Below, piece after piece: positions 17,894 through 27,089 of a stretch of 36,240 bases of DNA. The notes beneath the pieces were generated by a model, which was given only the letters and a program-made list of their open reading frames with translations, was not told the origin of the DNA and did not search any database. The DNA lies in IMG/VR virus record IMGVR_UViG_3300045988_115111, positions 1 to 36,240 of that record. One strand, 5' to 3'. The position numbers and the translations under genes are program-made. How positions within the stretch are numbered: position 1 is the stretch's first letter; each line of letters begins with the position of its first letter. Source of the DNA: a virus.

Positions 17894-18240
17894 TGCTCTT
17901 GCACAGCATAAAGAATGATCGGCGTGGGGTCTACTTTTTCCTTCTCGCACAAGGCTGCGAATTCGTCCGCCTGATCCCCCAGGAACATGTCTAGGAATTC
18001 CGCGCGCACATCCTTAGCCGTCATTAGGCCGTCTTGGACATCCCTCTGTAGTTCGTCAAAACGATCATTAAAATCAGAACTAGCCAATTCCGGGGCCGTG
18101 AAATAAAACGTCTTACCGCCAAACTCAACGGGGAACCCCTTAGCATCCCCCACGGCTTCACGGCGCTTAGCAAGCATGGCATCCAGGTTAATAGTCACTG
18201 TGACAGATCCTTTCAAAAAAGGGGCAAGTCTTTTCATCAA
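17821..18240 (-). CDS. tail assembly chaperone (G-like)
   Basis: 139 aa, acidic, between the major tail and tape measure genes. The downstream ORF lies in the -1 frame. Confidence 0.6.
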   Translation of the reverse strand: MMKRLAPFLKGSVTVTINLDAMLAKRREAVGDAKGFPVEFGGKTFYFTAPELASSDFNDRFDELQRDVQDGLMTAKDVRAEFLDMFLGDQADEFAALCEKEKVDPTPIILYAVQEHNEAVAENPTQMRSRNSRKPVKRR

Positions 18241-18391
18241 ATTTTTAAGTTATATGCAACCCGCGCGGGGTCAACCGCGCCAATAGGAACCACGCAAACA
18301 TGTGGGGGCGACCTGCCCTCAACTCCCCCACTCGCGCAAAACCTTTACTTCTCTAGGTGGTCACGTGCACCCGTTAGCGCGGGCTGCAAAT

Positions 18392-18443
18392 CCAAATAAA
18401 CGGCAACATAAAGAGGGGCCGGGAGTTTACAGTCCCCAGCCCC
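18392..18443 (-). terminator. stem-loop plus U-tract downstream of the major tail gene (partial terminator)
   Basis: The stem GAGGGGCCGGG / CCCCAGCCCCTC (18411-18443) is followed on the minus strand by a T-rich run from AAATAAACGGCAACATAAA. It sits in the ~220-bp gap between the major tail and chaperone genes. Confidence 0.4.
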
Positions 18444-18463
18444 TCACATGCCACCCATACCGG

Positions 18464-19432
18464 CTAGGCGGCTGTAACCTCCGAAACCTCAGCGCTAGAC
18501 ACGCCTTCCAGGGCGGTAACGGTTACCGTAGGCTTCGACGCCACACCGGAAATAGTGAACCCACCCTGGACACTGCCAGATACGCGGGCCGTCTTTTCAC
18601 CCTTAGCGCGTAGCGCCTTCTGGACCTGTTCGTCCGTAGCCTTCCAGGACAGGCCCGTAGCCTTATTAGTACCGACAGCCAAATCCCAGGTGCCAGAGGT
18701 TGCACCCTTCAAGGTAAAGGCGTAGGTCTTAGCATCACCCTCAGCCGTAGCGACATCCTTAGACCAATCGCCTAGGCCGTTTTCAGACGCGGCGCCCGCC
18801 AACGTCGTACCCTCGGTGCCGGGCTTCCAGCCTTCCTTAAACAGGCGCTTAACAGAATAGCCCACACCAGCATCAAGGTTAGCCTTAAAGGTGAACTCAT
18901 AACCCACCAAATCGGAACGCGTGTAATTCACGTCCCCGCGCTCCGAGACGGTAGCTTTAGGGATCACGATACGGCGGGCTTTATGGCCGTCAACAATATC
19001 AATCACCAGGCTAAAAATGTAGTCCTCAGGGATAGTGCCGCCCTGCTCAAAAGACGCCACCCCTGTCTCTTCATCCCACGCCATCATGTCCTCGGGCACA
19101 GAGTAGTAAAGAGCGTTAGCCAGGCCGCCGATAGACAGAGCGGTTAGCTTAAACGTGTATTCGCGCTTGTTAATCTGTTCGCGCAAATTTTCGGTAGACT
19201 GCCAAACGCTGAACTCGTTCTTCTCTTCACTCTGAGACTCAGAAATGCCGGAGTCGTTGCACCAGCCTAGGGCGGTCCACGGCTTGTCTAGCTTTTCCAT
19301 AGACTCAGGTAGCTTAGTGCCATAGGGGGCGTAGTGAGCTACGCCAGTAACACCAAGCAGCGCTAGTTCGCGTGCAAAATTAGCCTGGGACAAATCAACC
19401 AGGTTAGAAACATCAACAGTGGCCTTAGCCAT
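18464..19432 (-). CDS. major tail protein with a C-terminal Ig-like extension
   Basis: 322 aa. A GGGGGAATT RBS precedes the start. The C-terminal ~100 aa are T/S/G/V-rich and Ig-like. The gene position matches a major tail gene. Confidence 0.6.
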   Translation of the reverse strand: MAKATVDVSNLVDLSQANFARELALLGVTGVAHYAPYGTKLPESMEKLDKPWTALGWCNDSGISESQSEEKNEFSVWQSTENLREQINKREYTFKLTALSIGGLANALYYSVPEDMMAWDEETGVASFEQGGTIPEDYIFSLVIDIVDGHKARRIVIPKATVSERGDVNYTRSDLVGYEFTFKANLDAGVGYSVKRLFKEGWKPGTEGTTLAGAASENGLGDWSKDVATAEGDAKTYAFTLKGATSGTWDLAVGTNKATGLSWKATDEQVQKALRAKGEKTARVSGSVQGGFTISGVASKPTVTVTALEGVSSAEVSEVTAA

Positions 19433-19467
19433 AATTCCCCCTTCAAGGAAAAATAAAAAATCTAGTT

Positions 19468-19845
19468 CTAGGCCGCAACCATCACCGATACAGTGAAACC
19501 TACGCGCCTAACATTTTCGTTACGATCCGGGCGGGACTCAGGGCGGGAGGCGTCTACCACATGGATAGACGCGCCCCACCACCTCCACAACTCCATCCGC
19601 GCCGCATTTGCCAGCTTCCACGCCTCCCCGCTGTTCCACATAGCCGGGGTGGTGTAAATATCGACATCAAACTCGACAATATCCGCCCCTAACGCGTTCA
19701 TCGCGGCACGGCGTTCAGCGGGGCCAACCTGCCACACATCCACAGCTGGAAGTCCCTCTATCTCGAAATCGTGGGGTAGCTCAGCGTAAACCGGCCAATC
19801 ATTAACGCCCTGTAGCTTTTCTACAATGGCCGCTAAAACATCCAC
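19468..19845 (-). CDS. tail terminator-like head-tail joining protein
   Basis: 125 aa, called by position. Confidence 0.35.
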   Translation of the reverse strand: MDVLAAIVEKLQGVNDWPVYAELPHDFEIEGLPAVDVWQVGPAERRAAMNALGADIVEFDVDIYTTPAMWNSGEAWKLANAARMELWRWWGASIHVVDASRPESRPDRNENVRRVGFTVSVMVAA

Positions 19846-19847
19846 GA

Positions 19848-20129
19848 CTAGTAGCCTCCCCTCTTGATTACGCGCCTCAGGGCGCCAATACGGGGGGTGT
19901 CTTCCCCGCCGTATTCCTCAGCCCTGTTATCTGAAAAGACCTGTACCTGGGCACGACCACGGGGGCGCACACTGTAACGCACAGAATAATTAGCCTCACC
20001 GCCGTGTTTACGTGACTCAGCTAAGGCAGCGCGGGCTACACGCTCCCCCACCCCCAGCAAATGACGCTTTAACCCCTTTTGCTGGTTGACGTCCCTCCAA
20101 ATAAAGTCCGGCACTCTATCCGACGACAT
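19848..20129 (-). CDS. tail completion / HK97 gp10-like head-tail joining protein
   Basis: 93 aa, basic, called by position. Confidence 0.35.
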   Translation of the reverse strand: MSSDRVPDFIWRDVNQQKGLKRHLLGVGERVARAALAESRKHGGEANYSVRYSVRPRGRAQVQVFSDNRAEEYGGEDTPRIGALRRVIKRGGY

Positions 20130-20475
20130 GCTTTAGCCCCACTTCCACGTGATGCACAGAACCGGGGTTATTAGGGTCCGGCCAGCGCGCGGGGGCGCCA
20201 TCCACAGCCATCACTAACACCCCGCCTAGTCTCACGCGATCAGACGCCCGAATATCTAAATCAGTACCCGGGGGTGTGTACATCCTCCAGGACTGGTCCA
20301 CCGTGGGGCGTAAAACCCCATCCTCGGCAGTTCCCACGGGCTGCACGCTAACAGGAAAATCCACCGGGATAACCGTGGGGTTAGACCAATCGGGCACAGT
20401 CTCCGAGCTGTAGCGGCTACGCTTTGTGCCCGCGCGTAATATCTCCACCGTCTGGTTAAAAATCGCGCCGATCAT
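20116..20475 (-). CDS. head closure / head-tail adaptor protein
   Basis: 119 aa, with overlap coupling to both neighbours. Confidence 0.35.
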   Translation of the reverse strand: MIGAIFNQTVEILRAGTKRSRYSSETVPDWSNPTVIPVDFPVSVQPVGTAEDGVLRPTVDQSWRMYTPPGTDLDIRASDRVRLGGVLVMAVDGAPARWPDPNNPGSVHHVEVGLKHVVG

Positions 20476-21065
20476 GGCAACGCCCTTAACTTGTAGGTAT
20501 CGAGAATCCTATATTCATGAGACTGCGGCGTTATCCCCGTGGTAGCGCCCATACTGATGCCGCCCACCGTGATAGCCCCAGAGGGCTGCGCAGCCCTAGA
20601 CGCCATAGACAGAACCACAGAAATCAAGTCCTGAGGGTAGCTATCTACGCCACCCCCGGGCGTTCCAAAGCCATGCTCAAAATCAACATTTACCGAATAG
20701 CTAGGCTTAAGCTGGATACCTGCCAGTTTCACGATACCACCGGGGAATGCCATAAACTCACCACCCGCCCGGGTAGACCAAATCCGCCCGCCCTTGGACT
20801 GAGATAAAGAGGCATACACCTCGATAGAATTAACTATCATGTCCGATTTGGTGGGCAAAATAATAGTGTTCCCAGACTGTTCAGTAAGTGTTATATTGTC
20901 AGGCAAACTAGGGAAAACATGCCAGCCACAGATATTACGAACGGACGCGATAGCCGCGTTAATATGCGCCTGAGAAATAAACTCAGCGCCCTTAGGGTCC
21001 AACTGCTTCAACATCTCCACAGTTATAAAAGACGACGGTTTTTCAATCCTCTTCACAGCTATCAC
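20472..21065 (-). CDS. head-tail connector protein
   Basis: 197 aa, called by position. Confidence 0.35.
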   Translation of the reverse strand: MIAVKRIEKPSSFITVEMLKQLDPKGAEFISQAHINAAIASVRNICGWHVFPSLPDNITLTEQSGNTIILPTKSDMIVNSIEVYASLSQSKGGRIWSTRAGGEFMAFPGGIVKLAGIQLKPSYSVNVDFEHGFGTPGGGVDSYPQDLISVVLSMASRAAQPSGAITVGGISMGATTGITPQSHEYRILDTYKLRALP

Positions 21066-21076
21066 CCCCTAACAGG

Positions 21077-21298
21077 CTAACCGTTTTTCGGTTTACGCCC
21101 ACGGCGGGCGGGGGGAGCCTCTACAACATCCCCCGCCGCCTCTTCACCCTCAGCCGTAACCCCGTCCAGGGCCACGTCCTCAGGAACGGCCCCCGGATAA
21201 AAACGCGCCGCGAATTCATCCGCCATTAAAAGAGTAGTCTCAAACCCATTAGGGAAAACCACCCTCCACCGCTTACGCGAATCACCCATACTTATCAC
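21077..21298 (-). CDS. small hypothetical head protein
   Basis: 73 aa, with an acidic core and a basic tail RRGRKPKNG. Its stop overlaps the MCP gene end (21295-21298). Confidence 0.35.
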   Translation of the reverse strand: MISMGDSRKRWRVVFPNGFETTLLMADEFAARFYPGAVPEDVALDGVTAEGEEAAGDVVEAPPARRGRKPKNG

Positions 21299-22509
21299 GC
21301 CGTCAAAGTCAGCTTAACGAACGCAGCCGGGGCCGGAACCATCAACCCGAGGCGTTCTTCCGCGCGGACAGTAACCAGATTGTTCTCGAAATCATCCGCG
21401 TTAGTATTAGTGGAATCTACTCGCAGACCGCCCTTACGCAGCACCGTAGCGCCCTGCTTAAATGCGCCAACAAGGGCCGTGCCCTGAGGCACCGCGTTAG
21501 TTACCACAGTTCGCAGACCCCACGGGCCGGGGTTAATCTGAATGCCGCCGTTACCATACGGGCCAGCAAACGGGCCGCCCGCATAGTACTGGCCGTTCTT
21601 ATCCTTCGACAGGCGCAGAGGCTGGTAGTCAGCCGGGTTAATAACCAGGCCGTCAGCCGTTAGCGTGGTGGACTGCTGAACCATGCCCATAGCCTCGAAA
21701 ATCGTGTCCGACCAGGTACCTACGCCCGTGCCGGTTTTCGCTTGTACGCCGTCACGATTCAACAGGCCCTTAATCCCGTTGCTAGTGCCATCGCCATTGA
21801 GTAGCTGCTTTTCCTCAGCAACAGACAGCTCGTACACCAGATTGTTGTTAATCCAGTCAGCGATAAAGCCATAGTCGGAGATCATTTCGTCAGTGAGCTT
21901 AGTCAGCGCCGCTACCTTAGTCAGTGATTCAGTAACCACGTCAAAGTCGGTAAAGTTAACATAGGGCTTTTTACCGCCCTCTGCGACAAAACCGACGGCG
22001 CCTTCTGCAATGCGGTTGGCCTTTTCCACCAAATACTTAATAGTGGCGTTCGACACGGTAGCCGATCCCATAAGATCGGCCGCGACCAGCTGCTCTCGGT
22101 GGGCGTTCACAATGGCACGATCAAACGTCGTACCCCACGCAGCACCATCACCGGTAGGGCGCTTATACGGGTCGCCCGCCGCCTTAAACTCGGTGCCCAC
22201 AATGTTCAGGCGCGCGCCCGCCGCTTGCTCCCGCAAACCATCGCGCGCCGCCTTAACAAAGTGCTCACCCAGGGTAGCGGCCTTCACCTCAGCCGGGGCC
22301 GCATCCTCTTCAACCTCACGCAAAGCCCCCACGGACTTCAACAACTCACGAGACTTAGCCGCCTGTTCCAGCTTTTCGTCAATCTCATGGACCTTATCAA
22401 CAGCGGCCTTAATCTCAGCCCGCTGGTCCTCGGTCATAGTCTCCCGGTACTTGTCAGCCAGTTCGCGGGCGGCCTTCAACGCAATCGCGCGCTCATTCTT
22501 CAAAGTCAT
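21295..22509 (-). CDS. major capsid protein, HK97 fold, with an N-terminal scaffolding (delta) domain
   Basis: The ORF track gives 21295..22599. The start at 22509 (MTLKNERAIALK) follows the GGAAGTGGGAAAAA RBS. The N-terminal ~100 aa are charged coiled-coil. The C-terminus is Gly-rich. Confidence 0.75.
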   Translation of the reverse strand: MTLKNERAIALKAARELADKYRETMTEDQRAEIKAAVDKVHEIDEKLEQAAKSRELLKSVGALREVEEDAAPAEVKAATLGEHFVKAARDGLREQAAGARLNIVGTEFKAAGDPYKRPTGDGAAWGTTFDRAIVNAHREQLVAADLMGSATVSNATIKYLVEKANRIAEGAVGFVAEGGKKPYVNFTDFDVVTESLTKVAALTKLTDEMISDYGFIADWINNNLVYELSVAEEKQLLNGDGTSNGIKGLLNRDGVQAKTGTGVGTWSDTIFEAMGMVQQSTTLTADGLVINPADYQPLRLSKDKNGQYYAGGPFAGPYGNGGIQINPGPWGLRTVVTNAVPQGTALVGAFKQGATVLRKGGLRVDSTNTNADDFENNLVTVRAEERLGLMVPAPAAFVKLTLTA

Positions 22510-23182
22510 TTTTTCCCACTTCCAGTAGTTCCAACTCCACGGCCACAGCAGCCGCGAAAACATCCCCCGAGGCGTCTTTCCCCTCCGGGTCAACAACAAC
22601 AGATGACGCCGCCTGTTCAGCCTCAGCCACAGGCGTGCCCATCACGTCACGCAACAATTGCATAACATCGTCTTTAGAAATCGCGGGTGCATTCTTAACC
22701 CCCACAATCTCAGTATCCTGGTTGGCTCCAATCGGCACGACAGAAACCTCGTAAAGCTTCACGCGCCGTATCTCGTAAGCGTCCCGCCCGTCAATATCCA
22801 CGGGGCCGCCGTCCAACACGTCATAGGCAAAAGACATCTGAGAGAGGCGCCCCGCCTTTATCAAACGGTAAACCTGGGCCGCCTTAGGGTTATCCAGATC
22901 AAGACGCGCATGCACCTTCAACCCGTGATCGTCTTCTACCGCGTCCAACACCTCCCCGATATTGGAAAAAGGATCATGAAAATCATGCCCATACAAGACA
23001 GGCAGACGGCCAGGCGCCCCACCCCACTCTTTCAGAGCATCGGCAAACGCGCCTCTAACAACCACGTCCCCGTACGAATCAATGTTGCCGAAAACAGATG
23101 CATAGCCGATAAACTCACCTTCGGCTAAATCATCCGAATTATCAGACTTAACCAAAGTGAAGTCCAACTGTTTTAGCTTCAT
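22493..23182 (-). CDS. prohead (capsid maturation) protease, HK97/U35-like
   Basis: The internal start MKLKQLDFTLVK at 23182 follows the strong GGGGGAGAAAGGGGG RBS. Family-typical segments are GYASVFGNIDSYGDVVVRGAF and PVLYGHD. Confidence 0.7.
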   Translation of the reverse strand: MKLKQLDFTLVKSDNSDDLAEGEFIGYASVFGNIDSYGDVVVRGAFADALKEWGGAPGRLPVLYGHDFHDPFSNIGEVLDAVEDDHGLKVHARLDLDNPKAAQVYRLIKAGRLSQMSFAYDVLDGGPVDIDGRDAYEIRRVKLYEVSVVPIGANQDTEIVGVKNAPAISKDDVMQLLRDVMGTPVAEAEQAASSVVVDPEGKDASGDVFAAAVAVELELLEVGKNDFEE

Positions 23183-23620
23183 TGTTCCCCCTTTCTCCCC
23201 CGTGGGGATCGTGGGCGGGTTTTCATACCACGCCCTAATAGCCTCTTCTGTATATGCGGGACGCCCCTCATCACGGGCACGCCGCAAACACACATCCATG
23301 CCCGGGTCCAAAAGGTGGAACTCAGCCCCGGCGCCCGCATACGCAGCAATAAGCGACCGTGGCGGGTTTCCTGAAATAACCCAAGCATCAGGGGAACCCG
23401 TTTCAGCATCCAGCACCCACCCTGTAAACCCCCGCCGCATAGCGGCCACCGCATTCAATACAGACTCCCCGCGCACAGTTTCCGGGTGCAGCTCCCCCGT
23501 ACCATCCACCACAGCCGCCAAACGGTCAAAGTCAAACCTGGGTGTACCACGCGGGGCGTGCAGCTCAACAAAAGTAGACTTACCGGAACAAGGCGGCCCC
23601 ATCACAACATGTAGCGTCAC
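23183..23620 (-). CDS. P-loop NTPase/kinase-like domain (about 146 aa) in the same frame as, and with no stop before, the prohead protease
   Basis: The Walker A motif is GPPCSGKST, the Walker B-like motif is GWVLDAE, and a lid-like segment is LLDPGMDVCLRRARDEGR. The ATG at 23620 overlaps the portal stop. The ORF track shows one continuous 375-aa frame, 22493..23620. Confidence 0.5.
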
Positions 23621-24858
23621 TGCTCCCCCTCACCATCTAGGGACTCCCCCAGCCGATCCGCGTCCGTCGTATTCAGCGGCACAAGCAGCGAATCACCATC
23701 ATCTAGACGCGTTAGATTATTCTGCTCCCTAGCCTCGTTCCGAGTCATCCACGGGCCGCCAACCGCCGCCGTAGTAATAGACGCCTTTTCCTCAAACGAC
23801 GCGCGTAGTTTTTCATCCAAATTAAACTCCGCATATACCCCATCCGGGACGCCTAGCAAAGGCAATAGGAACGCGTTAATCACGCCCTCAAGTTTTTTAA
23901 TAATCGGCCCCAGACTATCGCCGTAAAGACTTTTGCGGAATTCCCTAACGTTAGAGTAGTTAGCGTTATCCAAAAGCCCTACCATCGTAGGGTTAATGTG
24001 ATAGACACTAGCTACGGTAGCCAATGCGAGCTTAGCGACGTCGACAAACTGTTCGTCCTGAGCCTTCAAATGCATGGGCTTAAAGTCCATGCCATCTTCA
24101 AGGACGGGAGTACCACCCGCGCCGGAACCACGGCCCGTATATTGACTATTCCACGACGCCTTAAACCTGCTACGGTCTGCCCCCGTCCAAGGCGCGTCCT
24201 TAGGCCGCGTAATCACCCCAGATAGGCGTGGCCCATTTTTCCACAGCTGGCCACGATACGCCGCCGCCTCCAGTTGTTCCTTTAGCACATCCCGCAAAGA
24301 ATCAACAGGTGACGCGCCGTAACGATAAGTCCCCGGCTGATACCCGTGACAATAAACAATGTTAGACGCGGGTAGCTCCACATGGTTACCATCATCATCG
24401 GCTACAACGATAGACCGCAAAGTCCACCTATCACTAAAGTTTTTCCGATACACCCACAGTGGGCTAATCGGATAAACAGCCGGGCTACCATCATCATCAA
24501 CAGAGACGAACCAAATAAACTCATCAAATAAACAAAGGTCAAGCAGTGAGGCATGTAAAACATCCTGCATTAACTGACCAGGGTTAGCCTTAAATAACAC
24601 ACGCGCCGCATCTGAATCACGGTCGCGAATACGGCCCCCATCATCCCCCCGCCTATACACATGGAGCGCCACACTCGAAATATTCCGAGCAACGAACTCA
24701 GTCACCGTCCTAAGATGTGGTTGCTCCTTCCACAACTGCTCCACTGGCATCGAATCAACGTCGCTAGCCAATTTTGCGAACAATGGGGCGGCTAACACAT
24801 CCGCGCTAGGCGCCTCCATAACCGGGGCTTTAAACCCCAGCTTTTCAAAAAAGCCCAC
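23617..24858 (-). CDS. portal protein
   Basis: 413 aa, between TerL and the protease, with an acidic C-terminus. Confidence 0.7.
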   Translation of the reverse strand: MGFFEKLGFKAPVMEAPSADVLAAPLFAKLASDVDSMPVEQLWKEQPHLRTVTEFVARNISSVALHVYRRGDDGGRIRDRDSDAARVLFKANPGQLMQDVLHASLLDLCLFDEFIWFVSVDDDGSPAVYPISPLWVYRKNFSDRWTLRSIVVADDDGNHVELPASNIVYCHGYQPGTYRYGASPVDSLRDVLKEQLEAAAYRGQLWKNGPRLSGVITRPKDAPWTGADRSRFKASWNSQYTGRGSGAGGTPVLEDGMDFKPMHLKAQDEQFVDVAKLALATVASVYHINPTMVGLLDNANYSNVREFRKSLYGDSLGPIIKKLEGVINAFLLPLLGVPDGVYAEFNLDEKLRASFEEKASITTAAVGGPWMTRNEAREQNNLTRLDDGDSLLVPLNTTDADRLGESLDGEGEQ

Positions 24859-24878
24859 AAGACACCCCCCCTTCTCTT

Positions 24879-26537
24879 TTACACGATCAACAAACCGCCG
24901 CCGCCATCGTCATCATCATCAATAAGCGGCGCGTCTTCCAACTCTTCCACGACGTCCTCAAAGTCGTCGGCGGCATAAGCGCTAATGAACTTTTCCGGGG
25001 GGTTTAACGCCGCCCACCACGCGATATTACAAGCAACAAACGGGCTAATATCGCCAAAGGATTTGCCGCGATCCCAGATAAAGACGTCACCGGCTTTACG
25101 CTCAACAGCCGCCAAAGCCGCCTCATTTAAAACAGGCTGGTCAATATGGACCACCCGCCCCGATTGGATGGCGTCAAAGAATCCAAGAGTGGATCGGGTC
25201 ATATCCCCGCCCTGCCACGGGCGCACAGTAAAACCAGCGTCAGCCAAACCCGGGGCCAAAGCCTGGGACGGTGAACCCTTCACTTGGAGAGCAACAACAC
25301 CATCGCACCACGACCCCACGCGGGGCCGTAGCCAATCAACCACCCACGAATAGCCGGGGCGCGCCGCCACAACCTCCACGTGAACGACACCGTCCCCACG
25401 ATCAGCGGCAACAGCGATATAAGCCGCCCGGCCATCCACAGCCACATCCACGCCCACCGCTATAACCGCATCATCCGGGATAGTAGCCGATGGGTCCGCC
25501 AAAGGCTCCCACATCGCCGGTAGAATCTTTCCAGGCTCAACCGACTGGACCCACTGGCAAAGGTACTCAGTTCTAAAACCATCAGGGTTAGGCGTTGACC
25601 TAACCTCCGCCTGCAAATGCTCCAACTTCGCCGCGCCATAACCCAAAGATGGGTTTGCCTGCAACATCCCCCGCGGGTCATCAATCGGCAATGCTGGATC
25701 GGCGGACCACGAAAACAACGCCATATTAGACGCGTCTGATAAGCCCGCGTTTACAGCCTCCAAGCACTGACTACGCAAATCCTGCAAGACAATAGAACTA
25801 GCGTCGCCAGCGTTTGAGAACGCCCACACCTGGCCAAAAGGCCGCTGGCTCACCGTTGGGGTGATAGCGTCCCACGCGTCCCATTTAATATGCTCTCGCA
25901 GCTCGTCGAAAAACGCCAGGTCCACCGTCATAGAGCGACCGCCCTTACGCGTGGAAGTGGTGACGCTCCAAAACGGCGGACCGTCTTTAGCTAAATCCAC
26001 CGCCCCATCCACCGGGGCGCCCGTCAACTTAAACATATGGCCGCCGTTAACGCGCGTGATGTATTTGCCGTTGAATTCGTCATCTTCGTCGGCGCGCGTA
26101 TTATCTCGCAGCCACTGCGACAGTACAGGGTTAAATGCAGCTATGCGGAACGCATCCGCCAAAGTGCCCTCAGCGTACTTCAAATTCTGAGCCGTTGAAA
26201 TGATCCCAGACGCGCCAAACACAAACAAACGCCACAGGCCAAGCACGACCATAAAGTGAGTCTTACCGTTTTGCCGGGCAACTTCAACAATGACGCGCTT
26301 AAAACGAAAATCCGACCCATCTGCGTTATACTCCAAGCCATGCAACGCTAGCCACTGCTGGAACGGGCGCAAAGGCTGGCCGATCAATTCCGCGAACTCA
26401 ATAAGCGAAAACCCCGCGGTAGTTTGAGGGGTAAGCTCCCGCCCACCCAACGTCGGAGGGAACAAACGCGGCACGGTGTGACCATGCTCCCCATCATCCA
26501 GAAGACTCCAAGCCTCCATTAATCGCGCGTAGTCCAT
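24879..26537 (-). CDS. terL: terminase large subunit
   Basis: 552 aa. The Walker A motif is VARQNGKTH. The C-terminal nuclease region is D-rich. The gene sits directly upstream of the portal. Confidence 0.8.
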   Translation of the reverse strand: MDYARLMEAWSLLDDGEHGHTVPRLFPPTLGGRELTPQTTAGFSLIEFAELIGQPLRPFQQWLALHGLEYNADGSDFRFKRVIVEVARQNGKTHFMVVLGLWRLFVFGASGIISTAQNLKYAEGTLADAFRIAAFNPVLSQWLRDNTRADEDDEFNGKYITRVNGGHMFKLTGAPVDGAVDLAKDGPPFWSVTTSTRKGGRSMTVDLAFFDELREHIKWDAWDAITPTVSQRPFGQVWAFSNAGDASSIVLQDLRSQCLEAVNAGLSDASNMALFSWSADPALPIDDPRGMLQANPSLGYGAAKLEHLQAEVRSTPNPDGFRTEYLCQWVQSVEPGKILPAMWEPLADPSATIPDDAVIAVGVDVAVDGRAAYIAVAADRGDGVVHVEVVAARPGYSWVVDWLRPRVGSWCDGVVALQVKGSPSQALAPGLADAGFTVRPWQGGDMTRSTLGFFDAIQSGRVVHIDQPVLNEAALAAVERKAGDVFIWDRGKSFGDISPFVACNIAWWAALNPPEKFISAYAADDFEDVVEELEDAPLIDDDDDGGGGLLIV

Positions 26538-26823
26538 CCATCACCGCCCTATTACGTTTAGGCCGCCCACGCGTCTTAGGCGCATCATCAGACGGCGCGC
26601 CGGGGGTTAAACCTAACGTCATCAAAGTCTTCAACAAATGCGGCCCTAAATACAGCGCCTTAGTCCGATCCTCCGACGACGCGCGCTCACTATCATCAAT
26701 CTGACGTGCGTACGACAAAGCAATAGCCACCGCGCCACTATTCCGGGGGTCATCCATCAGCCCAGAGGCGTCCACGGCCTTCAAAACAGCCGCCTCTACC
26801 TCCCCAACACGCCTAGCACTCAT
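26494..26823 (-). CDS. terS: terminase small subunit
   Basis: The ORF track gives 26494..26937. The start at 26823 (MSARRVGEV) follows the GGAGGTGGTGAAA RBS. It overlaps the terL start by 44 nt. The C-terminus is basic (KTRGRPKRNR). Confidence 0.5.
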   Translation of the reverse strand: MSARRVGEVEAAVLKAVDASGLMDDPRNSGAVAIALSYARQIDDSERASSEDRTKALYLGPHLLKTLMTLGLTPGAPSDDAPKTRGRPKRNRAVMDGLRAINGGLESSG

Positions 26824-27089
26824 TTTCACCACCTCCAAAACAGGGGCTAAACCCCTAAAAGTCCAGCAAAAACACGCCACAACCCGCATATTATTCAGGG
26901 GGCTATGCAACCGTGGGGGGAAATGCCAGGTCCCCACCCCTTGACTTTTCCGGGTTTTTTCCCTTAGTGATCTTTACCCCCTACCCCTTTGACCTGGGCT
27001 TTTGCCGTTTGGGGCGTTGTGAGGTGTTGTGGTTTGTTTTATGCATATTATACATCTGTTTGTATGTTATGCGTTTTATGTTTGCCTAG
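26824..27089. other. candidate cos/packaging-recognition region between the HNH and terS genes
   Basis: 266-bp ORF-poor region. It carries the direct repeats CCCCACCCCTTGAC (26932-26945) and CCCCCTACCCCTTTGAC (26977-26993) and a T6 run. The flanking HNH-terS-terL arrangement is typical of HK97-like cos phages. Confidence 0.4.

Noticed and set aside
26824-26937. Longer terS form starting at the first Met (MGTWHFPPRLHS...).
   Set aside because: - The N-terminal extension is Cys/Trp/Phe-rich and unprotein-like.
- It lacks an RBS.
- The internal Met at 26823 has a strong GGAGGTGG RBS.
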